A stretch of DNA of 64,000 nt from Candidatus Omnitrophota bacterium (GTDB lineage: Bacteria; Omnitrophota; Omnitrophia; Omnitrophales; Aquincolibacteriaceae). The stretch's first letter is position 1. Each line of letters begins with the position of its first letter. A program made the translations under genes and the position numbers. Positions 1 through 13,100 of this stretch are shown in pieces. The notes beneath the pieces are model-generated. The model did no database searches. It was not told the origin of the DNA and saw only the letters and a program-made list of their open reading frames with translations. The DNA lies in contig CAIOAT010000047.1 of the NCBI GenBank assembly GCA_903856085.1, positions 84,634-148,633 of the forward strand. The letters are read 5' to 3'.

Positions 1-1160
1 TATGGAGTGTGTCCTCAGTGAAGGTGAAGATGTCGTCTACCGATTTCAAAACACCGTACTCTTTAAAGAGAGCGATGGTCGCCGGCTTATTGCCGTCCCC
101 GAGCAGACCTTCGTCAGGATAGGCGCGGACATAGTGCCGGTAATAATCCCCGGTGATTTTATCTGCCAATTGAGGTAAAGCTTTCTGGAGCGCACCCTGG
201 CCGAACAGGACGTGCTGAATGGTCATCGCCAAAGGTATGACGATCGCTGATTTTCCGAAACCGGTCGGCGCGTAAAGGTTTTCATATTGAGCTACTACGA
301 ACCTCAGGATCGTCTGATACTGACTGACGCTTTCCTTGTCACCAAGCTTTATGTTCATAACGTTCTTGCCCTCGAAGAACCGGACGATCCCGTTCACCTT
401 GCTGGCTAATTCAATCTCATGGTTCAAGTTCCGATCGAACTCTGCCAGTTCATTCGCTGAAAGTCCGTTCCGTAGAACCTGGAGTCTTTCCGCATTCTCG
501 ACCAGAACAACCGTTTGACTGGATTGATCCCACTCCAGCCGCATACCGTCCGGCACCAGGTATTTCCGATCCGAGAAATATTCAGCCATCCCCGCAGCCC
601 CCTGGTCGATGAGCTGTTGCTTGGAAAGCGCCTTGAAGATGGAATCCGGATTGTCTGCGGCAGCCCAGGTACGGAGCCGGCTCATTTCGTTTCTCACAAA
701 CGCCTGGACCGGCAGCGGAACGTTAAAGCGTGCGGCTCTTTCTTTCATCATCCGGTCACGGATGGATGTCACAAGCCGCGTGGGTTTGGCCATCTCCTGC
801 TGGACATTTGTCAGCATGGCCCGGTAGGTATCGATCAAGCCCGTGAGCAAGCGAACCTCCGGGGGCCCGCGCGCCGGATCAACGAGTTGATCCACTTCCT
901 GCTTCAGATTGGCCGCCTGGTCCGTGACCAATCCCAACTGGATCTTCAGGCCCTCGAGTTCAGCCTCAAGCTTTTTGACATAATTTTGTTTTTGCAGGCT
1001 GCTGGGGTCGTTTGCCAGTTTTTGCTGGGCTTCGATCAACTGCAGCCGTTTATCGTTGAAACTGTTCGTGAGTTTATTTATAAAAACGTCTAAGGAGCGG
1101 CCTACCTCACTGATCGTCCAATCCAATTCCTTTCGCATGCTTTCTTCTGTGACATGAGCT
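1..1160 (-). other. SF2 (DEAD/DEAH-type) helicase-like ATPase domain, N-terminal part; the domain continues past the window start.
   Basis: Walker A / helicase motif I YAPTGFGKSAIVIPLAMT is encoded at 248-271 (minus). The flanking translation (verified 86-301 and 1256-1420) is globular-looking, e.g. ...FVVAQYENLYAPTGFGKSAIVIPLAMTIQHVLFGQGALQKALPQLADKITGDYYRHYVRAYPDEGLLGDGNK... No stop in frame through 1-1480. Confidence 0.6.
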
Positions 1161-4100
1161 ACTGCCGCAGGCGCAGCTTGGGGCGCCTGGACCAGCGTGG
1201 CCGGAGCAGTTTTCACCGCATTGGGAACCGCCGACGCTACGACCCCTGGAGTGGCGGGAGCTTTCCCGAACTTCCCTGAGAACCAAGCCATCATCCGTTC
1301 CAGAGCGGACATTCCGGGAGCATTTATTTCGATCAGCTGATCCACTTTCGCTTTTTGCGCGATGGTCAACGATCCATCGGCGACAAGTTTTGCCATGACA
1401 GCTTTGACTTCATCCACAGAGGCTGGTTTCTCCGCCGAAGGAACCCCGCCAAATCCGAAAATAGACTGCAGTGTTTTTCCTGCCGCCTGGGGTCCGCCGT
1501 TCAGGACATCGAGGTTATTTTTGACGTGCACAGCGATTTGTTCAGCGATGGCGCCGACGATACCGCTCAAGAGGCCTTTTTCAGCGCCCTGCGCGGCTTT
1601 GATCAGATCAATTCCCTGTTTTTGGGCAAACTGCCAATGGACCCCCAGGCGAGCCATTATAAATTCAAGGAACGAAGAACCAACGGGGCCGGTTGTGGAG
1701 ATCTGCAGTGCCAGCCAGCTTGCCACTGCCCCCGGTAAGTGGAACAGCGCGAAAACAGCCGCGGATAAATTGACAAGCCTTTTTGCGGCCTTCTCGCCAA
1801 GGAAGGAACCGATCGCGGCAGGTATTCCGATAATGACCGATGTTTCGAGGACGGGCATAATGTAACCGTTGATGATCCTATTCAGGACCTGTCCGATGTT
1901 TTGCCCGAAGACCTTGCTCGAAAAATTTGTCAGGCTTTCCAGGACCGATCGCACGATGCCGGCAGGCCGTGTCGTAGTCGCCAGAACAGCCGGAGCAGTG
2001 AGCGCGGTGGGCGAAACATTTGATTTTTCGATAGCGGGGATCGTCTTAAGGCCCGCCTGATCAAAGAGGAATGCCCGGTGATGTCCGTTGTCAATAGCAA
2101 TCGAACCATCCGGCAGGTGCAGGATCTCGATAGGATTTGCCTTCGTGAATTCAATCAGCTTGGCGATCGCTGCGGGGCTTGCTTTAAAGGCAGCCAACAT
2201 TTCTCCCATCGTCGCATTCCCGGGGATTTTCATCCCAAGAACATTGACCAAAAGATCGTGGATGCTCTGGATCGTGACTCCCTGGCGACCGATCTCTCCC
2301 CGAGGCGTTCTCAGGCTGTCGATCAGAATTTCTTCCGGAGCGGTGGCGGGCGTCTGGACGGTTGTTGCGGGCGCTGTCGTGCGTCCAAGAATGCGGTCAA
2401 TAATGGCACGGAACAACTCCGCGAACCCGGCGAAAACGGATTGAACCTGACCCGTTGATCTCCCGCCGATATTGGTGCCGGCAACACCGCCCTGGCCTTC
2501 CACAACGGGAGTTGTCCCCTCGGGAAGTCCCGACAGACTGACCGCCGAAATTTCCGCAAGGATGGGCAGAATGTTCGCCAAGGCGGTACCCCGGATATTT
2601 CCGAGATTGATGTCCCCGACTGTCGCAGGCTGATGTGCCAAGCTATCTCGCAAAGCCACCGCCTGGCTCGCCGTAAAATCGGCCGGCAGGGTGAACGAAA
2701 CCGTTGCAAATCCCTCTGGGATCGCCGTGATCACGGCTGTTATTTGACTATCCGTCAGATCTCGGCCAAACGTGATGGAAATATCCTGCGCTCCACCGGG
2801 TACGGTCCTCTGTATTTCCATAAAAAGATCGCGATTTAGGCTCTCCACATTCCGCCCGTTAATCTCGAGTTCGACCATCGGCGCTCTCGCCGGCGCTTCG
2901 GATTCGGTTATGCCGTGCTTCAATGCGTCGGCGGCTCGCGTCACATCGATCGGCGCCTCCTGGTGCCGGTAGGCCGCCTGATCGCGAACCACCGAGGCAC
3001 TATCAAAAGTTTCGTGAGTCGTTCTTACTTCAACACCGATCCCCGTAACCGCCCGGATGAAATCGAGAATCCCGGACGCGGGTGCTTCGTGTGTTCCCGC
3101 CTTTATTTCGCCTGGGATTTCCGTTTGCGGACGTTCGAGCTTACGCGTCGGTGCTTCCGCTCTCAAACGGGCCTGTTCGGCGGCATCATCCATGCTCTTC
3201 TGAGCAAAGCTCTCAAGGTCTAATCCTTCTTTTACTGCTTCATCCACCTTGAGCCTCATGCTTTCGCCCGCCTTGAGAACTTCGGAGACCAAGTCGGACT
3301 TGCTCAGATTTTCTCTTTGCAACTTACCGGTTCCCGAGAAAAACTCGCCGATAAGACTATCCACTCTTCCCCGAAGGGCCTCATTCGCGAGCGCACGGGT
3401 AAGCGCCGTTGCCAGAACATCGACGAGCTCATTCCCCTGGACCGCACCGATATTCGTGATCTCGCCGATCCTGAGGCCGAACTTCTCTTGAATGGCGTTG
3501 CGCAACCCTTCGGCATCCAGCGTACCGTCCGCTCTGGTAAAATTTTTGACCAGGTCTATCATTTCGAGGCGAACATTTTCCGGCACGGACGCCGTCGTGA
3601 TACTGCCCAGCATCTCTTGGATCTGCGCGTCGATACCTTCGGCACCCCCGAAGAAAAGCTTCATGGATTTCTGGAAGGCGGAGAAAACATCCCCTTCCAT
3701 CAAGGCGCGCTCCAAGGACCTGCTGTCCGCGGCCTCGATATTGTTCTGGGCCCTGACGAATGCCTCGCGGGCCCACCGGGAAGTCGGGAAGAATTCCGCA
3801 AGCCTCTGATAAGCGCCGTCCACAAACCGGCTCAAGCCTGACGACATTCCTTCCCCAAATCCTCGCATTAAAAATTCACCGCTGCCGATTGCCGTTCCTT
3901 TTTCGAGCGATACCAATTGATAGCTGAATCCCACATCGCCCTGGCGGCCCGCACGGCCACGATTCTGCATATCTGCCCGGACGGAATCGTTCACCCCGAT
4001 CCCGATTTGAACAAGACCTTGGGTCTTCAGCAGTTCTTTAAGCTTGATATCCGTTCCGCGGCCGGCGATATTGGTCGCGATTGTAATGCCTCCCTTTTCA

Positions 4101-7100
4101 CCCGCGGCTTTGATGATATCGCTTGACGCTCTCTCATTGCTCGCATCAAATGTCCGGAAGAGATCACCGTTTTTGGTATTCATGGAATCCAGGATTTTCT
4201 TGGCACGCTCGACGACCACAGGATCGAAGACAATCTCCTTGCCGGCCGCGTCTATGCCTTTACCGCTGGCGAATTCTTCGAGGATGGCTCGGACATGGAC
4301 TTCCATTTCTTTGGCGCTTTGGATAGATAACGTTGTGATCAGGAAGGAGCTTCCCGCATCCAGGAGGTGCCGCGCCAAAACACTCTTCAATCCGTTCGGC
4401 CCGTTCAGGAGGTCCGCGTCGCTCCTAAAAGTCCTCATTTCCGAGTCAACCCGTAGCTGCAGGTTGTGCGCGGGAATCTCCGCCACCTCAAGACCGTAGA
4501 GGCGCTTGAGCGTATCAGGCGTCCGGCCTTCGGTCGCAGTGCCGGTCATACCCGTAACCCTCTGAAAGAAGTTCAGAACGTCCCGTGTCTGGATACGGGC
4601 CGTGGTCACAGTCTCAGCATGAATGGCCAAACCTTCTTTAGCTTCAATAGCCTGGTGGAGCTCGTTCAAACGCTGACCGTTTTGATCGGTGCCGGTTTCA
4701 CCGCTGATCAGTACGACATTTCCTTGGTCATCAACGCGATATTGGACCCCATCATGGAAAAGGATTTCGGCCTGAACGGCCCGGTCCAAGAACTTTTGTC
4801 CTTCCGCCGTCAAAGTCAAACGGCCTGATCCGTCTGTCGCGACCTCAACAAACTGGTGGAGACCCTCGGCTTGCAGTAAACGCGCGGCCAGTTCACGCCC
4901 GGCATCGGTTGCATGGGCAAAACGTCCCGCTTGATCGAAAACCACCTCAAATTCTCCGGCCACTCCCTCAGGTCCCTTCACGCCGCTCCTGAAAACTTCG
5001 GTCCCTATCTTGGTGCGTTTCAGCTCACTTACTATTTTCGCAAACGCCGTCAAGATGTCCCGCTGTCCATTCCCAACAAGCTTTCCGGATCCCGAAGAGA
5101 TAATGAGAGGTGTTTTCGCGAGCGTGATCAGAATGGAGTCGGCCTCGTCGATCACGAGCAGGAAGTCCCGGAAATCATGTCTGAAAATTTCCTGGCCCGG
5201 TTTTGCCTGGATATCGTTGTACACCTGATCGGCCTTCAAAGCCTCGTCGCTCACATAAACAATGCTTCGCGAATAAACATCCTGTTTTTGACCCAAGTCC
5301 ATATTGTCGTGGATATACCCGATATCCTTACCCAGGAAATCCGCAATCGCCACCACCTCTTTATAGGCGGCTTCAGCCCGCTCCGTCGTTGTAGTCTGCA
5401 TAACCGCGTGGCCACTGATCAAGGCTGTCAAAAAGCCGACATAGGTTTTTCCTTCACCGGTCAGGAGCTCGGCGATCTTTCCGCCCTCAGCCATAACCGC
5501 AGACGCCATGAGCTGTTCCCGGTGAAGCACAACGGCGGGCCTGTCCGGATTACGGGCCGTTTCGACAAATCCGATCGCAAGCGCATAAGCCGCAAAAAGC
5601 TTGTCACCCTGGGCATTATTAATTAAGTCGAGGAGCGCCTCGCGGATCCTGCCAAGATCTTCAGGATTCCGGCAGAGATCATTTAACACGGCTAACGCAT
5701 CCCGGCCTTTCAGTTCGATGCCTAAGGCTTTCACAATTTCGACCGCTATGTCCCGGCGTATCGAAATAATGCTGTTGACTCTCGCCGCGAAGGGCGCTCC
5801 GGCAATCCGGTTGGCCTTGAGAATCACCCACAGTCCAGGCGCCCTCCCCGTGAGCCAAGCAAACCACGACGACCGGCCGAACAGACCCGTCTCACCCAGC
5901 TTAAAGTTATCCCCGTTAAACCTACCAAAAAGGACGTTGATTTCATCATCAGTCATTCTGGAAAGATCCGCGTTCCTTAGAGCTTCAAGCATGGCAGGAT
6001 CAACAGATTCACCAATGCCCTCTCGCAAAGATTTCCACTCTGTCAGGTAAGACTTGCCAATGTCCGCACCGCCGCCCTCAAGGGATCCAAATACGGCTCT
6101 TTCCAGTTTCTGGAGGGCTTCGAGAGTCACCCTTCTCTCGGAAATCGAGAGCGAGCCGATCCTGCCACCAACAGTCATCCAGGTCGAATTGAACCACTCG
6201 ACCGCTTTCGAGAAAACGCTCTTGAACCGATCCCCGAAAGTCGTTGTCTGTCGATCCCGTATGGCTTTTTGAACATCGGCAAGTGATCGATTCACGTCTG
6301 CGGGCACGTTCGCAGGATCGAATGTTCCGGGAGTTTGGGTCACAGTTTCGGGAGGCGTGATCTCCGGGAGCTTTTCGAAAGGCTGGCGTCCCGCATTAAG
6401 AAGAAGGTCCGCCGAAATTTCTCCTCTCCGGATAGTTTCACGGCCCACCATCACGAAATCCCCGCGGACAGCCAGAGTCTCGCCGGAGACAATGACCAAT
6501 GTTTTTCCATTCAACGAATCCCGCAAAGCAGGGTCAGCTTCGATCAGCCCTTGCAACCGTGACAACAATTCAGGCGATTCTCCGACGCCATCCCATGTCA
6601 GTCTCAGGGTTCCGTCGCTCGCGAATTCAATCGTGATACGACCCTCGACTCTGATGCCGGCTATCCTCAAGATCGAATCGATGAGAGGATTCCTGGCCCC
6701 GGGCTGGGCAAAGGTCACGACCATGTCTATGATATCGAGTAGACCCGTTGCTAAGGCAAGCCGAGTCACATCCCCACTCGGAATGGTATCGTTACTATGG
6801 GCCCCGAAAACATCGGCCAATTTCCCGGCAAACGCTTCCCAGCTTGATACATCGGCGCCTCTAAGCTCATTCAGGGCTTGCATCATTTCAGGCGACACCC
6901 CTTCGCCTCTTACATTGGCCCGCTGCTCCAGGAATTTCACGAAAAGATCTCTTAATTGCGGCAAGTCAACAGAAACAACATCTCGGGCCAGCAAGGTGAA
7001 AATATCGCGCAGCAATTCAGCGGCGAACCGGCCATTTTCGCGAGCACCCACAGCATCGACCGTGTGCAGCTCTGTCATCGAAAACATAAGTTCCGTGTGG

Positions 7101-10100
7101 AAGATCAAATCCCTTTCCAGAGAGGTTAGATCCCTTCCGCTCATAGCTTCAAAGTCAACCATGATGCGCTCCGCCCGGGCCAAACCGACCAACACAGGCC
7201 GCATTTCCCCAAAACCTAACTCGCCCCCCCAGCGCCGGATGAGCAAGTCCCCGATGAAATTGTTTGTCCAGTGGCTCAGGTCGATCCGGTCGAGCTTCAA
7301 CCCGCTAACATCAATGCCAAGGCGCGCGAGCTCCAGGATGATCTCTGTGAAATTGCCACCGAGTTTTGCCAGGTTTGCCAAGTCCAGCTTCCCGGTTATC
7401 CTGCCCCCTCCGAGGACTACCCCGGCGGCTTGAAGTTCCGCCAGAAGCCGTATTTGATCCGGCGTCAATCTGGCTCCATTCAGTTCCCCGGTGATCTCCA
7501 GTCCGCGCATGTCGACGCGGCTGTCCAACATGGTTTTCAGATCGCGGAGCGTGGAAAGATCCCCCAATCTCGCCACGTCAAAAGTTCCGGTCATTTCGAT
7601 GCCGCTAAAATCCGCGCCTCCCACCAGATCACAAAGCCGCGCAAGGTCGGCAAGACTGGTCCTTCCAATGTCGATCATCCCGGCAAATTTGATCCCGCTC
7701 AAATCCCCGCCCAATGCCCGGAGTGTCCCAAAATATTCGAGCTGAGCGTCATTGAGTTTTAACAATTCGTTGACGGTATAGTCTCCTGAAAATTTGATCC
7801 TTCCCATGTCGAGACCCATGTTTGCAAGATCGATCAAGGCGCCGAGTATGTCACGATTTCCTTCTAGCGACCTGACATCAAACGACCTGTCTACTCCCAG
7901 CCGGTTCAACAAGCTCGCGTCCAAGGAGCCATTCTCACGCATCGCACCCAGGTCTTTGACAAAGCTCGCGAACCCGGCATCCGACCACCCGCTCATATCC
8001 AACGTCACACGGAACACGCCGTCTCTGATGGCGGTAAGGAATTCGCCCGCGAGAATATCCATGGTAGCGAGCGTTTCGCCAATCCGGAAACTGATCTCGC
8101 CCAGCCTCAGGCGGTCAATGCCGAGGCTCCCCAACGCCGTCAGTGCTTCCCTGAGGCTGACTGCCTCCGGGAGATCCAAGCTGACCCTAAGACCTGTCAG
8201 ATCCAATCCAAGCTCGCCCAATTTGCTTAAAAACTCAAGAACGTCCGTGGCTCTCAAAGTCCCGGTGGTTTTCAGATCGCCGTTCACTCTGATCCCGCTC
8301 AGGTCGACGCCTTTAACGCTCACCAAATTGATGAGATTTGAAAGCACCCCGTCCGTCACTAGTTTCACATCCAGGGTTCCCTCAATTCTCAGGTGGGTCG
8401 TGTCAACGCCGACATCTCCAAGAACTTTGAGAGCACTTGTCAGCGTATTGCCATTAAGCTTTGTCAGATCAAGCCTGCCGGATATTTCGACATTATGCAG
8501 GATCGCTCCCGCGCCTAACATGTCTGCGAGGATTTGCAGCCTTTCACCCGTCAAGGTCGCGCCATCCAGTTTTCCGGTAATGATTTGATCTCTTAAACTT
8601 GTCAGGTCGATCTTGACCCCTGCGTTTTTCATTGCGTCGACTAATTTCAGAACATCGCCGAGCGACGATTTTCCGGCGCCTTCTCCGATCAGATCCCCGG
8701 GGATCTTGACCTCAAACCCTGTCGGCGCTCCTATCAGCTTGAACTCGATCCCCACACCAAGCATCCGCAGCAATGCGTCGCGCAAGCCGATGGAATCCCC
8801 CGGCTTGAAGTTCTTGAGATCCACGGTCACTTTCGTACCCCTAGGAACATCCACCAACTGGGTAAGATCGGCAAGAGAGGTCACGCGTAACGTTCTCGTG
8901 AAGAAGTTCCGGGAGATCTGCGTTAATGACGTGACGCCAAGCATTTGTTCCAGGGCCCTTGCATCTTGCGTACTGAGTTTCTTAGTGTTACTAAACTCGA
9001 GGCCAGAAAGATCCGCGCCTAATTCTTTCAGGCCCGAAAGATCTGCGCCGGTTTTCGCGAAATCGGAAACACTGATCGTTCCGTCGAGCCGGACGCCTTT
9101 CAGGCTAAATCCGTCAGGCAGAGAATCGACCACTTTGGATAAATTTTCTTCCGTGAGACCGGTTAAAACAATATCTCCAAAACCGCTCTGGCGAAGGAGA
9201 TCCATCGTGCGACCCAAGGTCGAGTCGGCGCCAAACCCAGCTGTTTTTACGTCGATCGTGAAACGCCAACCTTCTGTACCGTCTGCCCCACGCACAAGCT
9301 CCGGTATGATCCAAACATCAGTCCCGATCTTCTCGCGAATAGCTTCCATTTTGGTTTCTATTTCGGTGTGCAGCCGATCCGGCAGGTCCTTGCCGACTCC
9401 GGAGATCACCATAGCGAGCTGAGATGCTATCTTCTCGCCGAATACCGGGGTCAACGCAATGGTCCAAGCATTCATCACGATCCCGAGATCAATAAAAGCC
9501 TGGCTGAACGCAAAACCTTCTTTGGCGAGAGCCTTAATCATGACTTCCAAGTACTTGGCGACGGAAGGATTTTTGCCAAGCGTCGCGGCCTCTTCGCCAA
9601 GAACCGCTCTTTCCACGAGAGGGAAAAGCTTGTTGAGATATTCAATGACGGATCCCACCACAGGCATCCCGTGGATCAACACCTCGACCGGGCCTATGAG
9701 GTACATCAAGGGGCCCATCGAAAGCATATTCGTAAAATTATCAAAAGCGCTCATGCTGGCAAAGTCCCAGAATCCCAAAACCCCCCGCAGGAACATGGCC
9801 GCCACCTGGACAACGAATCCGCCCTTGCCGGTTCTCAAAAACGCCTCCAGATCTTTTTCCGATTGGGCAATGGCCATCCGGAAATCGATCGATCCTCCGG
9901 TCAAGAATTGGGCGAGTGAAAGCACAACATTCTCCCCGAAATGCAGAGACACGCCGAAACGGGCCAAGCTGAATGTTTGAGCCAGCAGGAATTTCCATGC
10001 CAGCACTCCCCTCGCTCCGGGAACGAATATTTGAAGGCGTAAAGCAAGAAGTCTGGCAAATTGTGCCCAGGTACCCGTTACGCCGCCTATGGCCGTGAGC

Positions 10101-13100
10101 TTGGCGGTTTGCATGATTCTCCCGGCTATTCTTGCCAGCCCTGAAGTGAAACCTAAGAAGGCGGCTTCCGCGGCAAAGCCGATGAAATCGATGACGTTAA
10201 TTCCGAACAACTTTTTAACCAAGGTTTCATCGCTCGCCTCGGCGATAAGAGCGATCTTCTGAGAAATAATATTATTCTGGCCATCCAACTCGGCAAATCG
10301 ATTCCCCGTGACTCCGATGAGGCCGCCCAAACCATTAAAAAGCATGGCATAGGTCGCGCTTATCCTGAAAGGATCACAACCATACGCGAGAGCAATGAGC
10401 CCGCCAGTCAGCAGGACACCGGCCACGATAGCAACACCGATCCAACCGCCGGCCACAAGAAAGGTTCCGGCAGCAACAGCCGCAGAGATTTTAACGACGG
10501 CAAGTACAACCGCAATTGCACCCACAATGATCGCCACCCCGGTCGCAATGACGTTATGCTCCCCAGCAAACCCGACCCAATAGTTGGAACACATGGCATA
10601 TTGATATTGCAAATAATGGAACGATGTGCTTAATCCGTAAGAAATAAAATCATAAGCTGTGCTAAAGCCGTACCCAATGCCGCTCAAGATGCTTTGCCCC
10701 CACGCTGGCAAGATATCGTAAATATCGCTAAAATATCCGCCGACTTCGGCACGGAGTCTCGACCAGAAGCCTCTCTCGGTGAGATTTTGCATGTCCGCCA
10801 GCGAACCCTCATGCAACTCGGAGAAGAAAAAGCCTTCTTCCTGAGACCAGCAGGTGACGGCGCAGTCGAACGCTATCCCGCCAAGCGATACGCCGCTGGT
10901 GATAGTGCCGTCAGCCAGAATGTTGAGACTTCTGAATTGAAGAGCCGAGTAATTGCCAAGATTTTCCGTGAAGCCATTCTTGAACCCGTCATTCAGGCCG
11001 CGCTGGGCGACGTTGAGGAGACCGCCCTTAAATTTCCCGAAATCCCCTAGGCCGTGAAGGATCTGTGTTCCGTTCTGCAGAACTACCCGGTCGTCCAGGA
11101 CTTCAGAAAAATTCGTGTAGTCCATTTTTCCGTCAAGGATAAAACCGGCGGTCGAGAAGTCCAAGTAGCCCTTCTTTACACCCCCGTCTGAAATCTCCAC
11201 AATTTCACGCCGGAGCAAGACGCCGTCGCGGCCAAGGATATCCTTGACCGTGCTGCCATCCGCCCCGACGGTCAGGATCTCGCCGCTCACGATCCCGAAG
11301 TGATCGTAGTTCATGGTCTCGGTTATCTTGTTGGTGCCAAAACCGTAGACCACCTGCACGGAGGTCACCGAATCGATCAAACCGCCCTCGCTCGTGTATT
11401 GCGAAGTGGTGGTGACGATCTGCGTCGCGACCTTGGTCACGCCGTCCGAGAGGACCTTGACCGTGTCATCGGCGACTTTTGTCACCTGGGTCCAGGCGCC
11501 GCTCGCATCGTAGAACTTTTCCCACTGCGTCTTGACCGCCCCGCCCGTCGCTATGTACGACTCGTAGGATTTGAGGCCGTCGTCATAAAGCGTTTTTAAC
11601 TTCCCGAAACCGTCACTGGTCGTCATCTCGACCTGCATCCCGTAGAGGAAGGACATCGACTCGGCTTCCGTCGGGCTCATGAGTGTCGCATTGCCGTTGA
11701 TCTTGACCGCGACAGACTCCGCGGCGAGTTTCCTTCTCCTCTCGTCCAACTGCTTTTCGATCCCCGCCCATGTTTCCGCTTGGTAGCGACCGGTCTGGAT
11801 GATCTCGCCGCCGGCGCCGACGAAGATGTGCTCTTTAATCCGCTCTTCGATGACGTCTGTATCCGAGATTACGTCGTTGTAATACAGCAGGCTGTTGTAG
11901 GCGCGTGCGCGGCTGGCAAAATTCCCGTCCCGGTCCTGACTCAGAGCGCCGAGTTTCATGAGGCTCGAATCTGCCAGCACGGCGTTGTAGTCGTAGAGGC
12001 TGCTTGAGGCGAATTTTTCGGGATCGAATTCATAGAACTGGTAGGTCATATTCTGCGACCAGTTCTCGTAATTGCTCCGACCTCTCAGGAGCTCATCGGT
12101 GAAGATCTGGCTGAAAGAGGTCTTGTCCGATTCATAGCCGTATTCGTAGTAATCGCGGATCGGCAGCAGTGTGTTCTCCGTAAAATTAAGCACCAGCCCG
12201 CCCAGGTTCACAATGTCCGTATAGAGCCCCTTCGTGTTGCCGCCGCTCACCGAGTAATCGGAGATCAAGAAAACAGTCTGTCCGGCAGCGTTCTTTGTGC
12301 CGATGCGGAACTCCTTCAAAAGATCCGTAATGTACAATGCCTTGGCCTGTTGCAAGCCCTCGAGACCGCCGGTCCCCTTGCGATTATCATTCCCCATTTG
12401 ATAGGTTGACCCATGAAGCACGGACTGGATCACGTCCTTCATCTTGGCGTAAAGGTCGAAGAGACCTTGTTTGGGGACATTGCTTCTGTCGTTGGCCGTA
12501 GTGCCCCACAGATCATCGCCGCGAAGGTTATCGGTCAGCTGTTGGACATAGGCCACGATAGGAGGTTGGCCCGGCAGAGTCGGACCTTGTAAACGCGTAT
12601 CGTAAGCATAACGTATGAAATACGGGTTGCTTGTCTGCGCGGAAGAATTATTATTGTTGTATACGTCACCCTGGCTGATACTCGCAGTCACATCGCCGAA
12701 AATTTTCTGCAGCCGGCCGTTCGGGCCGAGCATGGAATTGGCGAAATCATCCACGATCATCTGGATGCCACCGTTAAAACTTCCCTGCGAAGGAACGTGC
12801 CCGCCGGCCTCAAAGCCCGTCGTGTTATAAGCGTTGACCAGTACGCCGTCGCTCTTCGGCTTTTGGATCGTGCGTAGATCGCGCCCGGAATCGGTGGCGA
12901 AGTCCTGGAACGCGGCACCATTCGAATCTCCGTGCAGCAGGAACTTCCGACGAATCTCTTCCATTTTCTTGGCATAAGTCCCCTTGATCGTCGCAAAAAC
13001 GGGCTGGCCGTCTTCGATCCCCACCTGGACTTTGTTGAAGCGGTTGTCCCCGATGATCGAATTTTTATAAATATCCGTGATAATGGCGAGCTTGCTGTTC

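Noticed and set aside
1091-1100. A plus-strand taaggag Shine-Dalgarno-like sequence, and the plus ORF 515-1093 ending nearby.
   Set aside because: It lies inside verified minus-strand coding sequence (...LDWTISEVGRSLDVFINKL...). The plus ORF 515-1093 translates to a low-complexity shadow peptide.
3930-5650. Calling this region an ordinary housekeeping secA gene.
   Set aside because: There is no start or stop codon and no intergenic sequence on either side. The same phase continues upstream into leucine-rich repeats and a TM segment, and downstream into further domains. It is a SecA-like domain inside the giant ORF, not a stand-alone secA.
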